Of a DNA stretch of 64,000 nt, positions 14,108 to 28,852 are shown in pieces. Position numbers and translations under genes: made by a program. Where the stretch lies: assembly GCA_951406725.2 (NCBI GenBank), contig OX597825.1, positions 15,376,001 through 15,440,000 on the forward strand, given 5' to 3'. The notes under the pieces are model-generated. The model saw nothing but the letters and a program-made list of their open reading frames with translations, searched no databases and had not been told where the DNA came from. The stretch's first letter is position 1, and every line of letters starts with the position of its first letter. Origin of the DNA: Octopus vulgaris. Taxonomy: Eukaryota.

Positions 14108-15061
14108 CTGTGTGTATATCTATATACTCACACACGCAAATATAAACTCTAGAAATGTACGTGTATACACACATAAGCATATGCCTATACGCATATACAC
14201 ACACACGCTCACTCACCAACTCACACACTTAAATGGCATTTAAATCAATAACAAACTGAGATGTATTTCCATATATACGTATTTGTCTGTATATCTGTGT
14301 ATCTTGATAATAGCTGCAAATTAATTTACTCACTGAGGAATTTTTTTTTTTATTCTAAGAGCAATAAATGTATGGAAGATGTCCATGGAATCTAGTATTT
14401 GGTAAATATAATCTAACATTTGAAATTAACTGTTTACCATCAGTAAATGTAACTGAAGGCTATCTAATTCTTGGAATTGGCTTGGAGTATCATGATTCAT
14501 ATTATGAACTATAATAATATTTTATAGTATTTCTAAAATGAAATATTCCTCAAAATAGCGCATGAAGAAAACGGTTAATGCCGTCTACTCAGTTTCAGTG
14601 GGCAAATGAATGCAGTTCTCAAAGTGAATGGTAGTAACTTTAAACGCCACTATTCTAATATCTATATGGAATCTACCCAAAGCTAAGACCTTTCTAACTT
14701 CGCTAAAATGTTAAAAATAGATAAGGAAAATAGAAGTTCCCCAACGCTATAATCTTTATACGATAAATAAATAAGAAAATTATAAACTGCTTAGATGGAT
14801 CTATTCGTTATATTCATTACAACAAGACTAGTTGAAATACTGGTGTGCAACTGTTTCCAATATGGACAGAGCAAAGTGTAGCACACCAATGATAACCGAC
14901 AGATGACCCACCGGAAAAAATTTATACTGGATATAATTATGAAGGTACAGAAGTATGTGTACTTACACGCATATACAGAACTTTGCTCTCTTCCTTCTTG
15001 TTTTTTTTTCGTTCTCTCTCCGTCTTTTCCACTTTGTATGTGTGCGTGTGTGTATTGAAGG

Positions 15062-15195
15062 TACTGTGTCGGTTACAACGACAGGTGTTCTTGTTGATCG
15101 GATCAATGAAACAGCCTACTCGTGAAATTAACGTGCAATGTCTGAGCACGAGCGTAGCCTCAACGTAGTTAGAGCGTGACTCAGAATGTGACACA
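15062..15195 (-). mobile_element. 3' tail fragment of SINE family C
   Basis: ttgatcggatcaatgaaacagcctactcgtgaaattaacgtgcaa is the reverse complement of the 62500-62620 tail. Confidence 0.7.
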
Positions 15196-15207
15196 CACAC
15201 ACATATA

Positions 15208-15440
15208 TATTTCTTTATTGCCAACAAGGGACTAAACATAGAGGGGACAAACAAGGACAGATAAACGCATTAAGTCGATTATATCGACCCCAGTGAGTAA
15301 CTGGTACTTAATTTATCGACCCCCGAAAGGATGAAAAGCAAAGTCGACCTCGGCGGAATTTGAACTCAGAACATAACGGCTGACGAAATACCGCTATCTA
15401 TTTCGCCAGGCGCGCTAACGTCTCTGCCAGCTCGCCGCCT
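15208..15440 (-). mobile_element. SINE family B, full length
   Basis: Reverse complement of ggcggcgagctggcag...gagttcaaattccgccgaggtcgac...aataaagaaata. Confidence 0.9.
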
Positions 15441-15471
15441 TCACACACACATACACACACACACACACACG

Positions 15472-15524
<53 letters not shown>

Positions 15525-16371
15525 GTGTGTGTCTATGTATGTATGTATGTATGTATGTACACATATATAACTGTGTGACTTATCTATATATTTGTACATA
15601 TACAACACTTACATATTGCATCTCTGTGTACATATATTTCCGTGTAGCACTCTCTCTCTCTCTTTATCTCTCTTTCTCTAAATCCGATTATGTATTTTAT
15701 GAATGAAAACATTACACTTAATAGCAAAATGTCAATAAATACCTCACTTACAGCATGACTATTGAAGTTCAATACTACTTAAAGACATAGCTAACAAAAA
15801 TAACGTGAGAGTTAACATATCACCGAGAATGTAGTCACCTGTCCTATTAATTGCAGTTGTATACAGCTTCCTATGTTTTACTTCATAAATTCATTCTTCA
15901 CAACATTTGAACGGTAACCAACTATATTCCTTGACTTTTGAAATGTGTTAGAATATCTAACAACTAAATTTATAGTAAGTCCTGACATAATTTTTTTCAT
16001 ATTATTTCAAACTTTGGGCTTCCATATTCTTCTCTCGACATTTTTGACCTATCCTTCTTGATTCTAACTCTAGCTCTATCTTCCCTCTTTCAGAAACCTC
16101 ACTACTACTTTTATCTCGCTTTCTTTCTCTTTCAGTATGGTATTTCGCTCTTTCTCTCTCTCTTTCCCATCACACTCCTTTTCTGTCTTCATATCATACG
16201 TTAGCTTCTTCAATCTATTTCCCCTTTTATTTCGCCCTCTCTCCCCCCAGTACTTCCTACTGTATTTTTCACCTAAAAATATTATTATTCATCTCAAAAC
16301 ACTTTAGGCTTACTGAATAAGGAATAATAAATACAACATATTAGAAAAAGCTAAAACGAGAACAAAAACCA

Positions 16372-16472
16372 ATACAAACAATAACAATAATAAAAACTGT
16401 AATAATAATAATAATAATAAAACAACAACAACAACAACAACAACAGCAACAACAATAATAATAATAATAGTA

Positions 16473-16515
<43 letters not shown>

Positions 16516-16542
16516 GTAATAATAATAATAATTATGATGATG

Positions 16543-16585
<43 letters not shown>

Positions 16586-16602
16586 CAACAACAACATCAA
16601 AC

Positions 16603-16685
<83 letters not shown>

Positions 16686-16700
16686 CATAGTAATAATAAT
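16372..16700. repeat. (AAT)n/(AAC)n compound microsatellite
   Basis: Directly visible in the sequence. Confidence 0.95.
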
Positions 16701-17045
16701 TTATCCATAGAAACATATAACCAGAGTCCTTATCCAAATATTAAATTGGAAAATATACTATTGAGAAAATGTTGAAATATAATTAAATGGTAAACATTAT
16801 GGAAGAATTGGCTATCAACTAACTAGCAAGGGATATTCAACTGTTGTTCTTCAATTTAAATTTTTTTTTTTTTGCTGGTAATTTTGGTTGTAGTGTTTGT
16901 CATTTGAGACCATATTTCTCTTATTAAAATTATAAATTATTTCTCTACAGGCTATAATGTTAAACATTATATTTTTCCAATGTGCTCAATAATTGATAGG
17001 AAGCCATACACTCACACACTCAAATATATACATACACACACACAA

Positions 17046-17077
<32 letters not shown>

Positions 17078-17095
17078 GTATATATATGTATTATA

Positions 17096-17137
<42 letters not shown>

Positions 17138-17163
17138 TACATATATTTATATACATATATATT

Positions 17164-17281
<118 letters not shown>

Positions 17282-17364
17282 TCAATCTATTTCAAAAATG
17301 GCGGCCCTATTGTTGTATTGTCTTTTGATACTGTTGTCGCTCTGACAGATATTTTCTTTTCACT

Positions 17365-17578
17365 TTTATTTCTCTTTTAGTTGTTTCAGTCATTTGACTG
17401 CGGCCATGCTGGAGCACCGCCTTTGGTCGAGCAAATCGTCCCCAGGACTTATTCTTTGGAAGCCTAGTACTTATTCTATCGGTCTATTTTGCCGAACCGC
17501 TAGATTACGGGCATGTAAACACACCAGCATCTGTTATGAAGCGATTTGGGGGAGACAAACACAGACACCCAAACATCT

Positions 17579-17609
<31 letters not shown>

Positions 17610-17630
17610 CATAGACACTTCAGTTTCTCT
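17365..17630 (-). mobile_element. SINE family A, 3' portion
   Basis: ttgtttcagtcatttgactgcggccatgctggagcaccgcc... matches the family A tail. Confidence 0.85.
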
Positions 17631-17669
17631 CAACGAAATCTACTCATAAGTAACACTGTAATTATTAAG

Positions 17670-17870
17670 AGGCTCCTCTGATATGCGGGATTTGGTGAAT
17701 AAAGGAGTTTGATGACGCTACCCTCATTTGCACCTCCTGCCATATGATAGGTTCATCTAGGACTCGCGACACGAAGAGATCCAGCTTTGATTTGGAAACA
17801 CTTACATCCACTTTGTGTAGGGCCCTCAAGCTGTTTGGGAGAATATTAAAAAAACAGCTGCTTTTAAATA
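17670..17870 (-). mobile_element. CR1-like LINE ORF2 extreme C-terminus
   Basis: ORF 17665..17880 contains FNILPNSLRALHKVDVSVSKSKLDLFVSRVLDEP, matching the FNxLP...FKxKLDxFL..VPDEP ending of CR1-group ORF2. Confidence 0.65.
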
Positions 17871-18501
17871 AATATATCAATTATTGCTTTTATTTTTTTA
17901 CATTAAGTTATAATGAAAGCGAACTTTCATTAAACTAAAGGATAACATACTACTTTGTGTAGAGTTCACATCTATTATTTTTTTAACAAACATAATATTG
18001 AGATTCACATGAAATTTCTGACTGCTTATATTCAAATTCATGTTGGATCTATATTGCCTATGTTATGTTAAAATTTTCTGAGATAGGCGGAGCATTGTCG
18101 AATGATGTTTAGTTTGTAGGGTAGGTTGTGAAGGAAGATTTCTTATTGATTATATTTGGAGTTTGTAATCAGGAGTTTCTATTTTGGGGTGTGAACTTCA
18201 GGTCTACAGGTCTATTTTTATTGGTTTACAAAAGAATGTATATTGGCGTAAAAGTTAGTAGGTCAACAGAAATATCATTAGGTCTGGATGTTGTTGATTT
18301 TGTTTCGACAATAATAGAAGACATCTTGTTTTGAGAGAATATGGAGGTTACACTTCAGAGTTCAATCCAGCATTTAAACATTTTGTAGTTAGGTGCGTTT
18401 TTGAGACGCATAAGCTTTTATGTCAATACCCTTTTAAAGGGTCACAAAAGAGAGTAAATAGATGAGAAACATCCTCAACAGATTATTGTTGGTGATATTT
18501 T

Positions 18502-18728
18502 AGCTGGCAGAAACATTGGCACACCGGGCGAAGGGCTTAGCGATATTTCGTCTGCCGTTACGTTCTGAGTTCAAATTCCGCCGAGGTTGACTTGCCTTTC
18601 ATCCTTTCGGGGTCGATAAGTTAAGTACCAGTTACGCACTGGGGTCGATGTTATCGACTTAATCCCTTTGTCTGTTCTTGCTTGTCCCCTCTAGGTTTAC
18701 CCCCACCCTTTCGAGGGCAATAAAGATA
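18502..18728 (+). mobile_element. SINE family B
   Basis: agctggcagaaac...ttctgagttcaaattccgccgagg...gcaataaagata. Confidence 0.9.
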
Positions 18729-19327
18729 TAGATATTTACGAGCTTTAATCTTGTTCGTTTGGAAAAGGTTAACGTTAAAAGTCAACATTGTAAAATTTTG
18801 TAACTTAGCACATTATTTTCTGAGTATAGGAATTTTATTTATGTTGTTTAATGTTCATAAAATGATGTAGGTAGCTGTAAAGTTTAGTTGGTCAACAGAT
18901 TTCTGCCTATGAATTAATTTTTCAGGATATTATTTTCTTACTATTTCCATAATTTTAGGGATGTCAAGTTGTGACCTACAACTTTTTTTTATATATTTAC
19001 TCTATTCAGTTTCAAGCTTGGGTGTTATAATATATTGTTTAGGACTTATGAAAATAGATAAACGTGGGGCATTATACAAATGTGTGCATAAAGTTATGTA
19101 CAAAGATAATGCCCAAAAGCGCACACAACATACACAAATACACATATACATATACATAAATATACAACTGGCTTTCACACAGTTTTCTTCTCAACCAATT
19201 TCATTCACAAGGCAATGCCTGATGCAGGGCTATATTAGAAGACATTTGCCCAAGTTGCCACACGAGACGCGAAGCTTTGTGCGATATTCTCAACCGTACA
19301 GCTGTGTCTACTTATATTTATTATATA

Positions 19328-19499
19328 GAGTGTTTTTCCTCCGTCTTCCCTTCCTTGGACTTTCCTTTTTCTATGTTTCTGACGAAGAGCTCCGCTCGAA
19401 ACGTTGAATCTTCCTTCTTTCTTTCCTTTTCTGGGCGTCCAATAACAGTATACTTGTTCCACGTCCTCACGTTGTTGTGTTTTCATGTTTGGATTAACT
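19328..19499 (+). mobile_element. Hammerhead-bearing short cassette (Penelope pLTR-derived or retrozyme-like), copy 1
   Basis: gttt-CTGACGA-a-gagc-tcc-gctc-GAAA-cgtt at 19375-19405; ends ggattaac, then microsatellite; homologous to 42452-42601 and 54300-54488. Confidence 0.7.
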
Positions 19500-19845
<346 letters not shown>

Positions 19846-20445
19846 TATTGCATAGGATAGAAATTAAACATAGAATGCTAGTGCAGTTGAAGTCAAAGTA
19901 GGTAACAAGAATGAGTTAAAGATGCAACTCGGCCAATTCAAATAAAATCACGCTGTAAGAAACAGCGTTTTAATGATACAATTCTTGGTCGACATTTGAG
20001 TGAATCAACCAGTCAGCGATGAAATTAAAGTTTTGAATTGAATCTTATCAGGTACGTGATTCTGTAGTTTCCGCCTCCTAGGTACTCTGTATAAACAGAC
20101 GTTTGTTATATCTGTCTAGTATTGCATATAGTGTTGGCTGAAATGTACTACCTATATTTATATGCATAGTAATATGGTAGTATACATCACCACACAGATA
20201 CATGCACATATACGTATATAGACATACTTATATACGCACATGCATGTATAGAATATTAGCCAAATATAATGTATATGTGTGTGTGTGTATTGATATGCAT
20301 ATTCATGTAACATATGCACAATTATATATAAACACACACATATATACGCAATTATATATATATATATAATTGTGCATATGTTACATAAATGTGCATATCA
20401 GTATACGCATATATGCATATATATACATACATATGCATATATATA

Positions 20446-20566
<121 letters not shown>

Positions 20567-21015
20567 TACACAGACGCGCACACATAAACTTAATTACTTG
20601 CATGCATATATATATATATATGCCTTAATTCACCTATGTTCATATACGGGTAAATATGTGAACGAGTTTTCCTAGTATACCGTATCAAATATATGTGTGT
20701 GAGTGTATTGCCGTGTGTGTAAGTCTGTTTCTGTGTGTACGAGTAAGTGTGACTGTATGCCGTAATATCCACAGATGAAATTGAAAAGCAAACAATGCGT
20801 AATTTAGTTTGCTAGAATATATATATATATATATTTATATATATATGAAGATTTGAGTACAAGAATGAATTATCTTGTTATGGATAATTCGGTTAACCGA
20901 TACCTGGGTAGCGTTTGAATATGCAGAGACGACACGTTTGAATATGCAGCCTTCGAAACATATCTCGAAAATAAAGGAATTTTGTTAATTCGTCGTTCAA
21001 CTCCATTCTTTCATA

Positions 21016-21057
<42 letters not shown>

Positions 21058-21194
21058 TCAATAAATGGTGGGGTTGTGTTGACCGCACGTGGAGAAATGA
21101 TAAGTAAGGAAAAAATTTTTTTTAAATGCAGAATGCTCAAATGAAAGAAAATTTTAATAAAATGAGAAAATGAGAAAATATATAAATATATATT

Positions 21195-21235
21195 TATTCA
21201 ACCGGTTTTCGTCATTGTATGACTTGTCAAGAATA
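21195..21235 (-). ncRNA. Hammerhead-like motif in the left palindrome arm
   Basis: Exact reverse complement of 21616-21656. Confidence 0.55.
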
Positions 21236-21615
21236 TTTATGTTTTAAGAAGTTTTTTTAAAAATTAGAAAGGGAAAAAAAGAAAATTGCATTGTTTTTTG
21301 TAAAAGAATAATGATAAAAATGTACAAAAATTAAAAAATAAGTTCTCCGATACATTGTGAGTTCGTTGTGTATCTTGAGTTTTATGGTTGTTTACCAAAA
21401 AATTACCTTGAGGTGTTAATCCCTTTGGATCTTAACACCTCAAGAAAATTTTTTCGTGAACAACCATAAAACTCAAGATACACAACGAACTCACAATGTA
21501 TCGGAGAACTTATTTTTTAATTTTTGTACATTTTTATCATTATTCTTTTACAAAAAACAATGCAATTTTCTTTTTTTCCCCTTTCTAATTTTTAAAAAAC
21601 TTCTTAAAACATAAA

Positions 21616-21656
21616 TATTCTTGACAAGTCATACAATGACGAAAACCGGTTGAATA
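21616..21656 (+). ncRNA. Hammerhead-like motif with U3:A8 core variant
   Basis: Stem I tattc/gaata; core TTGACAA; stem II gtcat-aca-atgac; GAAA; palindromic accggt; then t. Confidence 0.55.
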
Positions 21657-21743
21657 AATATATATTTATATATTTTATCATTTTCTCATTTTATTAAAAT
21701 TTTCTTTCATCTGAGCATTCTGCATTTTTAAAAAAATTTTCCT

Positions 21744-21776
<33 letters not shown>

Positions 21777-21778
<2 letters not shown>

Positions 21779-22197
21779 CGCAGGAGTGGCTGTGTGGTAG
21801 GTAGCTTGTTTACCAACCACATGGTTCCGGGTTCAGTCCCACTGCGTGGCACCCTGGGCAAGTGTCTTCTGCTGTAGCCTCGGGCCTATCAAAGCCTTGT
21901 GAGTGGATTTGGTAGACGGAAACTGAAAAGAAGCCCGTCGTATATATGTATATATATATATCTATGCATGTGTGTGTGTTTGTGTGTCTGTGTTTGTCCC
22001 CCTAGCATTGCTTGACAACCGATGCTGATGTGTTTATGTCCCCGTTACTTAGCGGTTCGGCAAAAGAGACCGATAGAATAAGTACTGGGCTTACAAAAGA
22101 ATAAGACCCGGGGTCGAGTTGCTCGATTAAAGACGGTGCTCCAGCATGGCCGCAGTCAAATGACTGAAACAAGTAAAAGAGTAAAAGAGTAAGAGTA
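21777..22197 (+). mobile_element. SINE family A, full length
   Basis: tggctgtgtgg (A-box-like), ggttcagtcc (B-box-like), CORE-like ccctgggcaagtg, internal (TA/TG)n, and (AAGAGT)n tail. Confidence 0.92.
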
Positions 22198-23349
22198 ATA
22201 TAAATTCATGTAGATTTAATGATAATAATAATTTTTGTTGCTCTTATATGATATCATTAAGTTTGGAAAATTATTGCATGCCCCCCCCCCCCCCGGAAAT
22301 ACTTACAACAGCAGGAATAATATCATTTGTGTAATATCTGATAAATTCAGTGTTTCAACTGTAATCATATAATAGTCATTTAAGTGCAAACCATAGATCT
22401 GAATTATTTTAAACATCCTTTAATGAATCCTATTTTGTTTCCTTTGTTTGTAGTTCTGATCAGCGCCGATATATTGGAGATATGATTCCGATACACCAAT
22501 ATTTCGATCTTCTGGCGAGTGGAAAGAACTCACGGAATTTTCGTTCCTGCACCCATTTTTCGGACAAAGCCTCTATCTGAGGCGTTGAGTGAATGGATAT
22601 GCATAATAAGGATTGCACTGAATATAAAGTATCAGGTAGAATATATATCCACTAGGAATTAGGATGGTGTTTATTGTTTAGTTCTAACGTTATGATTATC
22701 CATGTTTGATACGATTATAGGGAATTGCTAAGTTATTCTACTTAAAAGACTTCAGTTTGAAGGCTTGCAAATTTCTCGATCTCAGTAGACATATCCAGAT
22801 AAATCGAAAATATTAAATAACGTAGTCGAGCAAGATGTGGCTGAGACAAAACGAAAGACACACAAATGGAATATTCAGAGCAATCATATTTTTCATTTGC
22901 TGTTCATGAATGTATAGTGTTCCAGCTGCTAAAGAATCGCACAGGTCGGATGATCTGTTTATTCTCTTTAACATAAAACCAATATGGCTGTTAAAAGCAA
23001 CATATTTATTGTCTATCACAGAATATGGAATGTTTTGTGTCCGAAAATATCAATTTTATAATGTCAACGCTGTAAAGAACCTGTGAAGTTCTACGAGCTT
23101 TCTCTAGGCATCAGATGTTGCATTTACTGTAAAAGTATTTATATGTCCAAGAAGACATAACCATTTATAACAGAACTGTCTTCGTTTTGTGTCCACATTA
23201 GCTTTTTTTTGTTAGGTAAACGAGGGCATGTTCTCTAATGGTTCTTTAAAAATGAGAATATAAATGGAAGAAAGATTCATAAACTAAGCGTTACATATGG
23301 GTATCAGTTGAGTACCATTCATGCAGCATCCTATTTGAATGAGAGACAC

Positions 23350-23660
23350 CCACTTCGGTCACGACACAGACCATGGGATTGCATCTAGAAAGTTACCCTC
23401 CCAAGCACAAGTCCGGGTAAGGTTGTTTATGGAAGACCAGCAGTCGCCCTTGCATACCGGCCTCCCCTCTCCACTCCACCAGTAGTATCCAAGAGAAAGG
23501 CAGCAGCAGTTACAGCTTGGCACCCATGACGTCGCAACTCATTTCTACAGCCGAGTGAACTGGAGCAACGTGAAATAAAGTGTCTTGCTCAAGAACAAAA
23601 CACGCAGCCCGGTCCGGGATTCGAGCTCACAACCTCTAACCACTGAGCCATGCGCCTTCA
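23350..23660 (-). mobile_element. SINE family C (tRNA head plus Meta/V-like core) with an alternative tail
   Basis: ctggagcaacgtgaaataaagtgtcttgctcaag and accactgagccatgcgccttcac are the reverse complement of the 62315 head and core. Confidence 0.8.
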
Positions 23661-25059
23661 CAATTGAATATAACAGCAGATTTTACATATATTCTGATTA
23701 TCAGGAGCAAAATACATTTTCAAAGGTCAAACTGCTTTACTATGGTAGAATTTAGTGGCCACCTCATTGCGACACATTTATTAGTTCTGAATTCATGGAA
23801 GAATTTAATATGAAAGGAGAAAAAGTTTCGAAAATATATGCCCCGTTTAGTGTATTCATTGTTGATGAATTACAGCCGAGTTTGCTATGAACAAACATGT
23901 GTCTGTTCGTTTATGTGTAGAGGGGGTACATATATACGTGTGTTTGTGCTTTTATATTTGGATACGTCTGTGTGCAACAAGAAGGTAGGAAGTGTGTTTT
24001 CAGCAACAATCGCCTGCGCTAATGCTGCATAACAGACCTGTTTATCTATAATAGTTGCTTCGCATTCTTCACCCACGATGCCAACTACTTCTCAATTCTC
24101 CACTCAATTCTCCACAGCATAAAATCTGTAAAACTGCTATATCATGCGATAATATATACCTTGAATAATCATCATAATTCAAACAAACGTCTTTATCTCA
24201 CACAATAATGTGTGGAATAAACAAATATTTATTTTTAAAATATTTCACCTGTGAATATATGAAAACTTGCTTCATGAATAGCATTATCTAAGGTTTAAAT
24301 ACCATTTATATATGACAATATAATCATTTGAATTCAAGTGAGCCATGCTAGGAAGTATTTTAGGCAGAATATATTAGGTATTTATCAGCCATTTTAACTA
24401 TTTATTGTTTTCTATGCTATTATTATATATTCTGCATTTCATAAATATGCATCTATTCTCGTTTTCATCAGTTTTCTTCCATTTACCGATTTTAAATATT
24501 TTATATCATATTTTTTTATTAGGTTGTTTATCATGCATAGTTATCAATGATATATATTGAATTGAAAAGAAAATAACCATACAGCAATCAAACAGAGCTC
24601 TATTGTCAGCCTGCTCCTCTTAAAATGCACTCGTCTGTTACAAATGTTCTACATACAAAGAGACACACAACTGCATAAAGATCTGTTCGTAAACAGATAG
24701 ATACACACAAACTATGATAATCTGTGAGGCAATTTAAATATTCACATGTTCAGCTTCTTGAAGAAAATCCTCATAAAACGATTTTATTCCCAGTCAATAG
24801 GTTTATAAAATCTTTGTCAATTTCTAGATGTACAAATATTATTTTAATAACAATTGAACAATTGCATTCTTATATTAACGCCACACAGGGATTCATTTTA
24901 TATGTATTTATGTCTAATTTACTGTAAAGACTCTATTATCCTCCATTTTTCTGTGGATGTAACGTTTTATAATAATGAATATTTTCACTTGTGATTTTCT
25001 AATTAGTATTTTCCTCCAAGCAATATTCTATACATTTCCATCATTTTATTACATTTTTT

Positions 25060-25490
25060 TTTTCAATCATTAGACAGTAGTTATGCTGCAGCACTGATTG
25101 GAAGAGTTTACCCGAAAAAGTAGATCCTAGTTCTAAGCCTGCTATTTATTCTATCGGTGTATTTTGGTCGAAATGCTGGGCTACAAGGACGTAACAAACC
25201 AACACTGGCTGAAAGGGATGTGAGGCACAAACACAATGTGTTACACAGATAGCACACACACATATACACACATACATATACACACATACACGCACATACC
25301 CACACCAAACACATGTATATGTGTGTAAGCACCTGTATAAATATACGATGGCCTTCCACACATTTTCCTCCCTCTACCAAATTCACTCACAATGCATTGG
25401 ACGGCCCAGGGATACAGTAGAAGACACTTTCCCAAAGCGTTGCGTAGTGGGACTGAACCCGAAATCACGCGATTCCAAGGCGAGCTTCTT
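25060..25490 (-). mobile_element. Old SINE family A copy
   Basis: ctaccaaattcactcac...gaagacactttccc...gtgggactgaaccc. Confidence 0.75.
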
Positions 25491-28148
25491 CTTTCATTAT
25501 GATGTCAAGATTCAAACTCCATCCTCATCAATCGATTAGTGCCTGTAAAAAAAGCTGTAAAACAACATTCCAGATGCTTTTATATTTCGCATTCACTAGT
25601 AAGTACCTCAGTTCCTCCTAACGAAACATAACAGGCAAACATATGCATAACAAATTACTTCAATTAGAGTATTGATGGAGGATTCCTCTTTTCTTAAATT
25701 AAGTTCTATTCTGCTTTCAAAATTATTTGCTCAAAGTTGTGCTACAGATGTTTGAGCAAAGAATACTCCTCCTGATGTTCATTTTGCTCTCGCCTGCTTC
25801 TCTTGTATGGATGGCCTAGTACCACAACTCAGCTATGATCACTATAGAGTGTGCAAAAGAAATTTCCTGCCTCCTAGAGGTTTCGTTCAGTCAATCTTTC
25901 TGTTCTATTGCGAAAAGTATTTCTAACAATTGTGCAGAAACCGTTTCCCAAGCTCGTTTTAACTTCTTAAACAGTACACTTCCCCTTCTGTAAGCTTTCA
26001 CCTTTGATGATTTGAATGTAACTCCGCGTTACGCATTCTAAATAAAACGGTTCCCACTCTAAAACGCTCCTTACCCTGTATACACGCAGACGGGAAATTC
26101 TCCCTGTTGCTCTAAACAATCAAATTCGCCAATCCTTCGATGCTCCCTTTCTTACACGATATTGCACCTTTCTAGGTTTGTTTGTAGTAACCACACAATG
26201 CATTTAGTAAGAACTGTTTTTTCTGGTAAACGTTTTGTTAAACGCGGAATTATTCGATTAATCTGTTTTATGAGATTAAATATTCAAATCTCTTACATGT
26301 ATATCAGTAACAATGACTCCTGTTTTCGATTAGACGTTGATAAGTCTAAAAACACATGTAGCACTCTATTAACTCATAGAAGTTCACATACCTGCACAAT
26401 AACCTACTGTTATTTTTCAACGCATGCAATTTCAGTATAGAAAGTCATACTTTAGAGCAAAGATGACTGCCAATACACCCCGCCACACACACACAAACTC
26501 AAACACACAGACCCAGACACATATACACGCACAAAGCACAAAGACACTGACGAACACATATACATATATGTATTTATGTATAATATGTATGTGTCTCTGG
26601 TGAATGTACATGTGTACGTGTTTATGAATATATATAAGGAGCCTGCAGCGGTTACGTTTATGCCTTGGTGCACTGTGATTGATCCTTCTCGATGCATCTT
26701 AATGATCCTGTATCAATGAATAGCAATACAGTGTTGCGCTAATGTCTCTTATTCATTTCTCATCTGTATATTCCTTACGTGTCACGAAAAGCCAGTTCTC
26801 ACCCCTGCCTCAACTAACCAATCTTTTAGTTCTATAATTCTATTCTCAGCTCTTTCGCACCGAATCTCCTTTTCAATTTAAAATTATATCCTAAACTAAA
26901 TTGATTCAACTAATTAGTATCTAATTACCGATTGGGATTATTACTCTTCTCATCTCCTTCTCATTTCATTTACCGGTAATGCTTTTCCCCCAAATCCCCC
27001 TCTGTTCGTTGCAATCGTATACCCTGGTCATCTTGTTATCAATAGCTACCCATTATCATTAATTAAGAACCCTAATTAACACAACCTGCTAACCGCCTCC
27101 AACAAACATCGTTACAATGCATGCTTTTAGCTCTTAACTGATAAAACTATTAATATTACCCGCTCCAAATTGAAATTCAATGTCAATGCATCTGGATTCT
27201 TAAGACTGCTTTCACTATTCATAGCATCACACGAACAATATTAATTTCCTGCTTACCACGTATGTTATTTTCCTGGACATTAACTTTTGTCAACATTCCC
27301 GAACACAATCTGGATCCAGAGATTTAATTTCCTTCCATAAAAGGAAACAAAGGGATTATGGCATTGGCAAATAATTATAACAACATAAAATATCTCCTGT
27401 CCTTCCAGCTTTCTCTTGTACCTCCTTCAATCCTCTCTTTCTTCCGTTCTAATGCCATATCTCTTATATACCTTTCCTTTTCAGTCCCTTCTTCCCTATC
27501 ATTCTCTATCATTCCATCATTCCTCTGTATTCCCATTCAACCACTTTCTGACTATGCCCCAACCCTGACGCTATATCGTTATATTGAGTACCCGTATCTC
27601 ATTTTCAATGCCTCTATTATGTTTATTATAGTATTTCATCAGTTCAATTGGTGAATTGAAAAATATATTCGTAAATAAATACACTGTCTGATATCAAGTT
27701 TCAAGATTCATTACATGTTCTTACTCTTCAAATTTCTCAGGTTTCGAACTCCACCTGTAGTTTATATAGCAATTCTCAAGCGGGACTTTGCAGTCATCAA
27801 TAGGAGCCACTGCGAATATAATTGTAAAGGCATGGGTTATAACTTCATTGACGAATATAATAAACAGCACACACAAATACAAATACATATTTACATACAC
27901 ACGCACACTCACATAAACACAAATACTCACAGAGACAGACAGACAGACAAAAAGACAGAGTGGGAATCCGAGACAGCGCAGTCACGTTCTTGCAAAGGTA
28001 TAATAGATATTTACCCCCCAAAAAGTATTGCGTAATTCTTCAGTGTATATAGATAGAAAGATAGATAGATAGATAGATAGATTACATTATATATACACAC
28101 AAACATATATATATATATATGTATATATATATACATATATATATATAT

Positions 28149-28210
<62 letters not shown>

Positions 28211-28240
28211 ATATGTATATATATATGTATATGTATATAT

Positions 28241-28341
28241 ATACATATTGAGAGAGAGAGAGGGAGAGAGAGAAAGAGAGAGCCATATATATATGTATAC
28301 ATACATACGCATCAATATATATATACCTACATGCATATATG

Positions 28342-28379
<38 letters not shown>

Positions 28380-28473
28380 CATATTGAGAGTGAGAGAGGG
28401 AGAGAGAGAAAGAGAGAGCCATATATATATGTATACATACATACGCATCAATATATATATACCTACATGCATA
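28241..28473. repeat. Higher-order duplication (~136-bp period) of a compound (GA)/(TA) microsatellite
   Basis: atacatattgagag...gagagcc...acgcatcaatatatatacctacatgcatat occurs twice. Confidence 0.85.
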
Positions 28474-28766
28474 TGCACATATGCGCATAAGCGTATATTT
28501 ATTTTTAAAGCATACATACATACGTATGCGTGTATTTATTTTTAACACTTCTTGTGCGCAGTAGAACGTGAAAGGCATTTGATAAAAGATTTTGATTCCA
28601 AGAAACATTTCCCTCTTGATGTTGTGTGCCAAAGCACATCAATTCGAGAGCTTGAAGTGATGCAAGCAAACTACTGGACATGGCGTTTGAATGGTATCTC
28701 ACTTCCTTAGGCAGACACTGAGTCGGTCATTTGGAGCTAAACGGGAACTTTGCTATATAAACATAG

Positions 28767-28852
<86 letters not shown>

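Larger units (their letters stand above)
21103..21747. repeat. ~645-bp near-perfect palindrome with (TA)n on both sides (probable inverted Penelope-type terminal repeat)
   Basis: Arms ~21103-21419 and ~21432-21747 are reverse complements with few mismatches and a loop of ~12 nt. Confidence 0.95.

Noticed and set aside
14370-14660. Tc1/mariner C-terminal relic (SFSGQMNAVLKVNGSNF)
   Set aside because: A single short motif; too degraded to support.
17950-19050. Very old Penelope remnant on the minus strand
   Set aside because: Only faint peptide echoes; needs TBLASTN.
22450-23250. Candidate exon after tttgtag, or a decayed transposase
   Set aside because: All frames close quickly and there is no clear motif.
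25600-26250. Decayed RTE-like LINE on the minus strand
   Set aside because: Similarity is too weak to call by eye.
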